Origin: an uncultured delta proteobacterium
GTDB taxonomy: Bacteria > Desulfobacterota > Syntrophia > Syntrophales > UBA5619
Assembly: GCA_963817385.1 (NCBI GenBank)
Contig: CAWFOM010000005.1
Location: 516,690 to 580,689 of the forward strand
Length of the DNA: 64,000 nucleotides
Reading direction: 5' to 3'
The position numbers were made by a program, and so were the translations under genes. Of this stretch, positions 57,467 through 64,000 are shown one piece after another (position 1 is the stretch's first letter; every line of letters starts with the position of its first letter). Below the pieces are notes generated by a model, which was not told where the DNA came from, ran no database searches, and saw only the letters and a list, made by a program, of their open reading frames with translations.

Positions 57467-58430
57467 TTACGCACCTCGCAGCAGCGTTACTACGCCCCAG
57501 CGTACGGCGAGGAAAATCGCGGTGGCGATTGCCGTCGCCAGGAACATCAGGCGGTTCGCCGCCAGGATGTGGCCGCGCACGAGCGGTTCCACGCGGATCG
57601 CCGATTTCGGGCTGGTTTACCGGCCGCCCCCTGCGTTCCATGGGGCCCCCGAGACGGATTCCCAATGCTCCCGCCACCGCCGCCTCGGGGATCCCCGCGT
57701 TGGGGCTCAGGTTCTTTCGCCCGTCGCGCCGGGCGATACGCCAGGCGGCCGACGCCCTGAGTCCCAGGATGGCCGCGGCAGCGGTCATGATCGGGGCCGC
57801 GAGGCGGGCGGGGATGAAGTTTGCACCGTCGTCGATCCGTGCGGCGGTCCTTCCGAAATCGATGTAGCGTTCGTTTGTGTAGCCGATCGTCGAATCGAGG
57901 GTATTGACCGCCTTGTATGCCATCGCTCCGACCGGCCCGCCGAGCGCCGCGAAAAAAAGCGGCGCGATGATCCCGTCCACGCTGTTTTCGGCGACGCTCT
58001 CCACGGCGGCGCGGACGACCTCCGCTTCGGTCAGCCGCTCCGTGTCGCGCCCGACCATCCATGAAACGTGACGACGCGCGTCCGCCAGATCGAATCTCGC
58101 GAGCGCCCGGTAGACGTCGAGGCTGTGGCGGGCGAGGTCCCGGGCGGCAATCGTCGTGTACAGGACGATGATCCCGACCGCATCCCCGAGAAGGGGATGG
58201 ATCCTTCCGGCGATCCCGATCAGGGCAGCCGTCGCGAGGGCCGCGGTCGCGATCACGGTCAGGGCCGTCACGGCCCCGGCGATGCGCGCATCGGGGATCG
58301 CGCGCCGGGCGGGCCCCTCCAGGGCCGCGATCAGGCGGCCGATGAGACGGACCGGATGAGGGAACCACCGGGGGTCCCCGAACATCAGGTCAAGCACGAC
58401 GGCGATGACGATCTGATATTCCAGTCTCAT
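57467..58430 (-). CDS. cbiB: Adenosylcobinamide-phosphate synthase, frameshift near 57590
   Basis: GDP..HPV, VGRDT, AVESVAEN..DG, YKAVNTLDS.IGY, PARL, SPNAG..EA. Confidence 0.94.
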
Positions 58431-58434
58431 CCTT

Positions 58435-61002
58435 TTATAACCCCATTATTTTGTAGATCTCGTCCATCTTCACGCTCTTTCTCACCACATCGGCCAAGCG
58501 GTCGAAGGCCGGCTCCAGGTCGTAGACGGCCGCGATCCGGCCGAGCGGGGCGAGGCCCCGCCGCACCCGGAGGCGGTCGATGAACCAGCGACGGAATCCG
58601 TCCGCGTCGAAGACCCCGTGGAGATAGGTTCCCCAGAGGCGCCCGCCGCCGGCGCCGAAGCCGATCGCCTCGCCGTCCTCGCGCCGGATCAGCGGTGCTA
58701 GATTGCCGCCGCCGGTAAGGCCGTGGTGGATCTCGTAGCCGTGTACCTCGCAGTCCGAATCCGCGTGCCGGGCGGAGACGCGCTTGAGGGTCTTCTCCCG
58801 GGCGAGCTCCGTCCGGAAAGGGAGGAGCCCCAGACCGGGAAGGTTCCGGCCGGGGGCGGATTCGATGCCGAAGGGGTCCGCGATCTGGGTCCCCAGGATC
58901 TGGAGGCCGCCGCAGAGTCCGATGATCTCGGTCCGGCCCTCGCGCGCGAGTTCCCCGATCTTTTGCGCCATCCCGCACCTCTGCAGCTCCGCGAGATCGC
59001 CGATCACGTTTTTACTCCCCGGGAGGATCACGGCATCCGGCGTATCGAGCTCCGCGGGATTCCTAACGACGCGCAGACGGACGTCCGGCTCGATCCGGAG
59101 GGGGTCGAAATCGGTGAAGTTCGAGATATGGGGAAGGTCGATCACGGCGATCTCCACGTGCTCGCCCGCGGGGACGCGGCCGTCGATCAGGCCGTCCTTG
59201 AAGCTGACGGAATCCTCCTCGGGAATGCCAAGGTCGCGAAGATACGGGACGACGCCGATGACGGGGCGTCCCGTGTGGCGAAGGACGTATTCGTGGGCCT
59301 CCGCGAGAAACGCCTCCTGCCCGCGGAAGCGGTTCACGACGAACCCCTTGACGAGGGCCCGTTCCCGCTCGGAGAGGACCTCCATCGTCCCGATGAAGGA
59401 GGCGTAGACGCCGCCCCGGTCGATGTCGCCGACGATGAGGACCGGCGCCTCCGCGTAGAGGGCCATGTTCATGTTCACGATGTCGCGCTTCTTCAGGTTC
59501 ACCTCGCCGGGGCTCCCCGCCCCCTCCATGACGATCGCCTCATACTCCGCGGCGAGCGAGTCGAACGACTCCTTTGCTGCGGCGAAGGGGGGCGTCCGGT
59601 CGCGCGTGTACTCCCAGAAGTCCATGTTCCCGATCGGTTTTCCGAGGACGATCACCTGCGAGCCGGTGTCGCTGTTGGGCTTCAGGAGGACGGGGTTCAT
59701 CCGGACGTCAGGGTCGATCCGGCAGGCCTGCGCCTGGACCACCTGCGCCCGCCCCATCTCGCCGCCGTCGCGGGTGACAAAGGAGTTGAGCGACATGTTC
59801 TGCGCCTTGAACGGGGCGACCCGGACGCCGTCCTGGAGAAGTATCCGGCAGAGCGCGGCGGCGAGGATGCTTTTCCCCGCATTCGATCCGGTCCCCTGGA
59901 ACATGATGACGGGCGTCCGCCGGGCCGCTGGTTTGCCTGCGCACCCGAGCGCCTTCCTGAGGGCGCGGCAGAGGCGGCCGTTCTCCTGTGCCGTCCGGAC
60001 GGCCACGCGGAAGAACCGCCCGTCGAGGCCGGCGAAGTTGTCGCAGACGCGCACGGCGATCCCGTCGGCGATCAGGCGGCCGGCCAGCCCGGGGGCGGCA
60101 ATGTCGCCGCGGTCGATGCGGACAAGGAGAAAATTCGCCTCTCCCGGATAGACAGCGAGCCCCGGGATGGCCTCGATCGTAGCGCTCAGCTCTGCACGCC
60201 GTTCGCGGACGAAGCGCCGCGACTCTTTCGCGTATTCGGTGTCGCCAAGCGCCGCGGCGCCGACGGCCTGGGCGAGGGCGTTTACCGACCAGGGAGGCGC
60301 GAGGGCGCGCAGACGCCGGATGATCTCCCGCTCGGCGACGGCGGCGCCCAGACGGAGGCCGGGGATCGCGTAGAACTTCGTGAGCGACCGCAGGACGACG
60401 AGATTCGCCGGTCGCTCCCGCGCGAGGAGGCTCTCCGCCTCGGTGAAATCGGCGAATGCCTCGTCGATGACGAAGATCGTTTCCGGCCGCCGGAGGGCGA
60501 GCTTGCGGAGGGTGCCGGCGTCCGGGAGCGTACCGGTCGGATTGTTCGGCCGGCCCAGGACGACGATCTCATCCCCTCGGAGGGCCGCTTCGATCTCGGC
60601 GAACTCCGGGACGAAGCCCCGCTCCTCCCGAAGAGGAACCTGCTCCACGATCAGCCCCGCCTGCCCGGCCGCAGCGGCGTAGTCGGCATAGGCGGGGACG
60701 GGGATTACGGCGCGCCGTTTCCCCAGGACCCGCGGCAGGAGATAGAGGAGCTCCGTCTCCCCGTTTCCCATGAGGACCTCGTCGGCCGCGACGCCGAAGC
60801 GCTCCGAGAAGGCCCGGACGAGATCCGTGCAGTCCGGGTCGGGGTAGTGGACAAGCGAGCTCACCCGGGAGCTGATCAGAGGCCGGAGCCATTCGGGCGG
60901 CCCCAGGGGGTTGATGTTGGCCGAAAAATCGAGGATCTCCCCGGCGGGCCTCCCCGCGGCCGCGGCTAGTTTCGTGATATTCCCTCCGTGCTTCTCCGTC
61001 AT
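58435..61002 (-). CDS. cobQ: Fusion of threonine-phosphate decarboxylase (CobD) and cobyric acid synthase (CobQ/CbiP)
   Basis: [33 protein letters not shown], then [48 protein letters not shown]. Confidence 0.94.
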   Translation of the reverse strand: MTEKHGGNITKLAAAAGRPAGEILDFSANINPLGPPEWLRPLISSRVSSLVHYPDPDCTDLVRAFSERFGVAADEVLMGNGETELLYLLPRVLGKRRAVIPVPAYADYAAAAGQAGLIVEQVPLREERGFVPEFAEIEAALRGDEIVVLGRPNNPTGTLPDAGTLRKLALRRPETIFVIDEAFADFTEAESLLARERPANLVVLRSLTKFYAIPGLRLGAAVAEREIIRRLRALAPPWSVNALAQAVGAAALGDTEYAKESRRFVRERRAELSATIEAIPGLAVYPGEANFLLVRIDRGDIAAPGLAGRLIADGIAVRVCDNFAGLDGRFFRVAVRTAQENGRLCRALRKALGCAGKPAARRTPVIMFQGTGSNAGKSILAAALCRILLQDGVRVAPFKAQNMSLNSFVTRDGGEMGRAQVVQAQACRIDPDVRMNPVLLKPNSDTGSQVIVLGKPIGNMDFWEYTRDRTPPFAAAKESFDSLAAEYEAIVMEGAGSPGEVNLKKRDIVNMNMALYAEAPVLIVGDIDRGGVYASFIGTMEVLSERERALVKGFVVNRFRGQEAFLAEAHEYVLRHTGRPVIGVVPYLRDLGIPEEDSVSFKDGLIDGRVPAGEHVEIAVIDLPHISNFTDFDPLRIEPDVRLRVVRNPAELDTPDAVILPGSKNVIGDLAELQRCGMAQKIGELAREGRTEIIGLCGGLQILGTQIADPFGIESAPGRNLPGLGLLPFRTELAREKTLKRVSARHADSDCEVHGYEIHHGLTGGGNLAPLIRREDGEAIGFGAGGGRLWGTYLHGVFDADGFRRWFIDRLRVRRGLAPLGRIAAVYDLEPAFDRLADVVRKSVKMDEIYKIMGL

Positions 61003-61751
61003 GCGCCGCCTCCGGGAAGCATCGCCGCCGCAACGAGGGCGGGCACAAGTTCGGTCAGCTCGCAGGAAGCCCCGAGCGTGTCGCCGGTGAGGCCGCCGAT
61101 CCGGCGGAAGCTGTAGGCTGCAAAAAGGAGGGCGGCGAGGAAGGCGCATCCCCCGGCGATTAGCCCCGGCAGGCGCCCCGCGAGGTAGCCGGCGGCGAGG
61201 AGAACCGCGAGCGCCCAGAGGGCGTGGCCCCGCGAGCGGTTCCGGTGAAAGATTCCGGCAAGGCCCCCCTCCGGGCGGACGTAGGGGAGGAGCGCCATCT
61301 GGACGATCAGCGCGCACCGGCCGGCAAACGGCGTCATCAGGAGGACCCACCAGCGCCAGGGGCCGGCGACCGAGGCGATGAGCGCGATCTTGAGGGCGAC
61401 GACGCAGACAATCGCCGTGACCCCCATCGGCCCCGTCCGGCTGTCCTTCATGATCGCAAGGATCCGTTCACGGGGCCGGGCGCTGAAAAAGCCGTCCGCC
61501 GTGTCGGCGAGGCCGTCGGTATGGAGGGCGCCGGAGACGGCGATCATGAAGATCACTGCAAAGACGCTCGTTACGCCGATTGGGAAGATCCTTTCCAGGC
61601 CCCAGTCCAGAAGGGCGACCGCCGCGCCGATCAGGAGGCCGACGGCGGGGAAGAAGGGGAGGGCCCCCCCCAGCACCCGCTCGCCGGGGTTTCCCGCCCC
61701 GGGCAGGGGAATGATCGTCAGGAACTGGAGCGCCGCCAGAAACCGTTTCAT
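60999..61751 (-). CDS. cobS: Adenosylcobinamide-GDP ribazoletransferase
   Basis: [39 protein letters not shown]. Confidence 0.94.
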   Translation of the reverse strand: MKRFLAALQFLTIIPLPGAGNPGERVLGGALPFFPAVGLLIGAAVALLDWGLERIFPIGVTSVFAVIFMIAVSGALHTDGLADTADGFFSARPRERILAIMKDSRTGPMGVTAIVCVVALKIALIASVAGPWRWWVLLMTPFAGRCALIVQMALLPYVRPEGGLAGIFHRNRSRGHALWALAVLLAAGYLAGRLPGLIAGGCAFLAALLFAAYSFRRIGGLTGDTLGASCELTELVPALVAAAMLPGGGA

Positions 61752-62812
61752 GCGTTTGCCTTCGAAACCATCGCCTCGTCGAACGTGGCCACCTCGGTCA
61801 GGACATGAACGGCGGCCTCCAGGAAATTCATCGCCAGCGCCGCGCCCGTCCCCTCGCCGAGGCGGAGGTCGAGGTCGATGAGCGGCTGCTTCCCCAGGAT
61901 CTCCAGGGCGATGCGGTGCCCTTTCTCCACGCTCCGGTGGGCGGCGATCATGTACTCGGCGGCCGTGGGGCACAGCGCGTGGGCGATGAGCGCCCCCGCC
62001 GTGGAGATGAAGCCGTCCACGACGACCGGCTTTTTCTGCGCGGCAGCGCCCAGGATGAGGCCCGCGATCCCGCCGATCTCGAAGCCCCCCACCTTTGCCA
62101 GGACATCGAGGCCGTCTTGCGGATCGGGGCTGTTGATCCGCAGGCTTTTTTCGATGACGCCGACCTTGAGGGCGAACTGTCCGGCGTCGATCCCGGTCCC
62201 GTGGCCGGTGACCTCCGCGACGGGGCGGCCGCTCAAAGCGGCGACGATCGCGCTGCTGGGGGTGGTGTTGCCAATCCCCATCTCGCCCGTCCCGAAGACA
62301 TCGACGGCCGAGGCCGCCTGCCGGGCGATATCGATCCCCGCCTCCACGGCGGCGACGGCCTGATCGCGGGACATCGCGGGTCCCTGGGCCATGTTCCGGG
62401 TGCCGGGGCCGATCCGCCGGGAGATGATCTTTCCCGAGGCGGCCAGTTCGCTGAGGTCGGCGGCGACCCCCATGTCCACGACCCGGACTGCGGCGCCCGC
62501 CTGGCGGGCCAGGGCGTTTATCCCCGCGCCGCCGGCGACAAAATTATATACCATCTGGGGCGTCACCTCCTGGGGATATTTGCTTACCCCCTCGACGACG
62601 ACGCCGTGGTCCCCGGCCATGGTGAATATCGCCTTGCCGGCCACGGGCGGCCGCATCGAGCGGGTGATCCCCGCGAGATCCTCGGCGAGATCGAGGAGAC
62701 GTCCGAGGGCCCAGTAAGGCATGGTCAGCGCTTCCAGGCGCCGGTGCGCCTCTGCCCGGACGGCGGCGTCCTGGGGAACGATGACGGAAATGGTATCCTG
62801 CAGTAAATTCAT
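61748..62812 (-). CDS. cobT: Nicotinate-nucleotide-dimethylbenzimidazole phosphoribosyltransferase
   Basis: AGDHGV..EGVS.YP.EVT, GEMGIGNTT, GGFEI, DGFIS, LRLGEGTGA. Confidence 0.96.
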   Translation of the reverse strand: MNLLQDTISVIVPQDAAVRAEAHRRLEALTMPYWALGRLLDLAEDLAGITRSMRPPVAGKAIFTMAGDHGVVVEGVSKYPQEVTPQMVYNFVAGGAGINALARQAGAAVRVVDMGVAADLSELAASGKIISRRIGPGTRNMAQGPAMSRDQAVAAVEAGIDIARQAASAVDVFGTGEMGIGNTTPSSAIVAALSGRPVAEVTGHGTGIDAGQFALKVGVIEKSLRINSPDPQDGLDVLAKVGGFEIGGIAGLILGAAAQKKPVVVDGFISTAGALIAHALCPTAAEYMIAAHRSVEKGHRIALEILGKQPLIDLDLRLGEGTGAALAMNFLEAAVHVLTEVATFDEAMVSKANA

Positions 62813-63393
62813 TTCAACTCCTTTTTGGTTGGTGTTCCGAGTTTTTCTTTCCCTCCCGATTTGAGGAGAAGGGGGAGGCCGGCGACGACGAGCGTAACCG
62901 TCTGGGCCGCCGCCGCAAGCATCTGATTGCAGCGTCCGGCGCAGTCGCGGAACCGCCGCGCCGGCTCGTTGTCGGGAATGATCCCCATCCCCAGTTCATT
63001 GGTGACGAAGATGACCGTGCCGGGAAACACCCCGCAGACGTCGATCACCTCCCGGCAGCGAACGGCCGTTTCCTCTTCCGTAAAAATCGCTCCCCGCCCC
63101 TCGGCCTCGTAGAGAAGGTTATTGACCCAGAGGGTGAGGCAGTCGACGAGAACCACCCGGTGTGCCGCTGTCCGGGACAGAGCACCGGCCAGATCGACCG
63201 GCTCTTCGATCGTCTCCCAGTCTGCGGCGCTTCTCGCTTCCCGGTGCTTTTTCACCCGCAGCTCCATCTCCGGATCGATGACGGGGCAGGTCGCGACGTA
63301 GGCGCGCGGGCCGGGGAGGGCCTCCGCCAGCTTCTGCGCGTAGGCGCTCTTGCCGCTCCGGCTTCCGCCGGTGATCAGGATAATCTTCGCCAT
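62809..63393 (-). CDS. cobU: Adenosylcobinamide kinase/guanylyltransferase
   Basis: GGSRSGKS, YVAT, WETIEEP, DCLTLWVNN, TNELGMG, RRFRD. Confidence 0.96.
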   Translation of the reverse strand: MAKIILITGGSRSGKSAYAQKLAEALPGPRAYVATCPVIDPEMELRVKKHREARSAADWETIEEPVDLAGALSRTAAHRVVLVDCLTLWVNNLLYEAEGRGAIFTEEETAVRCREVIDVCGVFPGTVIFVTNELGMGIIPDNEPARRFRDCAGRCNQMLAAAAQTVTLVVAGLPLLLKSGGKEKLGTPTKKELK

Positions 63394-63404
63394 ACGTCAG
63401 CCCT

Positions 63405-63510
63405 CCGAACGGCCGGTGAAAAACGCCCATCTGCTGCGTTTCCCTCGTACCTCGGCATTGCGGCGTACGACACAAGTACGCCTCATGCCTCGGGGCTTCG
63501 GAGGTCTCGT
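63405..63510. repeat. Nested palindromic intergenic element (REP/MITE-like)
   Basis: Central inverted repeat GGCGTAC...GTACGCC in a 120-nt gap of an otherwise tightly overlapping operon. Confidence 0.5.
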
Positions 63511-63515
63511 CTTCT

Positions 63516-64000
63516 TCATATGCCCTCCAGGTGGCAGCGATCGTTGAGGCGCGTGAGGACGCCTTTTCCCTCCTCGATGCTGATCTCGGAGATCGATCCC
63601 GGCCGCACATCGAAAAGGAGATAGTGCCGGTAGTCCAGCCCCAACAAGAGGCAGATGATCAGGCGGATGACGCCCCCGTGGGTGACGGCGACGACGGTCT
63701 CGGCCGGGTCGGCGGTGATCCGTCCGGCGGCCTCCCCGATCCGTTTGCGGAAAGCGCTAATGCTCTCGCCGCCGGGAAAGGTGAAATCCTCATCAAGAGC
63801 GGCCCAGTTCTCGACGGCGGTGGGGTCGGCGGCCGCGATCTGAGCGAAGCTCATCGACTCCCAGCGGCCGAACGAGATCTCCCTCAAATCGCCATCGATT
63901 GCGAAGGCCCCGTCCGCGCCCAGGGCGATTGCCGCGGTCTCGCGGGTCCTCAGAAGCGGGCTGCAGAGGATGCGCGCCTTTCCGAGGCGTCCCAGCTCGT
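63516..64000 (-). CDS. cobC: Histidine phosphatase (alpha-ribazole phosphatase-like), 5' part outside the window
   Basis: CSPLLRT.ETA, LREISFGRWE, FPGGES, VTHGGVIR, LNDRCHL; located in the cob operon. Confidence 0.88.
   Translation of the reverse strand, partial: ELGRLGKARILCSPLLRTRETAAIALGADGAFAIDGDLREISFGRWESMSFAQIAAADPTAVENWAALDEDFTFPGGESISAFRKRIGEAAGRITADPAETVVAVTHGGVIRLIICLLLGLDYRHYLLFDVRPGSISEISIEEGKGVLTRLNDRCHLEGI

Overview
GC-rich bacterial chromosomal window, by gene content probably an anaerobic Desulfobacterota/Syntrophales-like deltaproteobacterium (inferred, not tested). Positions 1-41 kb are a mosaic of metabolic and signalling genes: a tungsten-type aldehyde:ferredoxin oxidoreductase, two membrane/spermidine-synthase-like methyltransferases, a CheB-CheR-PAS histidine kinase, an aldo-keto reductase with an FN3-like tail, a J-domain/MinD-ParA fusion, ccdA-tlpA, polX, a 7-gene Qrc/alternative-complex-III-like redox cluster with 13 CxxCH motifs, a hybrid kinase, a diguanylate cyclase, citE-like, ADH and PAC2 genes, plus IS110 and IS630 remnants. 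Positions 41-64 kb hold a minus-strand anaerobic cobalamin operon (cobC,U,T,S,D-Q, cbiB, cobO, cbiA,C,X,M,N,Q,O,D,E,L,F,G,H,J). The operon is interrupted twice: by a ~3-kb defence-like islet and by a DMT transporter flanked by a ~176-bp duplication. Many single-base frameshifts are probably sequencing errors. The best novelty candidates are a promoter-leader-terminator RNA upstream of the CheBR kinase, the sigma54-preceded J-domain/MinD fusion, the extended Qrc/ACIII-like complex, the islet inside the cob operon, and a signal-peptide PIMT coupled to a membrane SAM-binding protein. No rRNA, tRNA or CRISPR array was seen. All family assignments come from motif recognition by eye; no searches were run.
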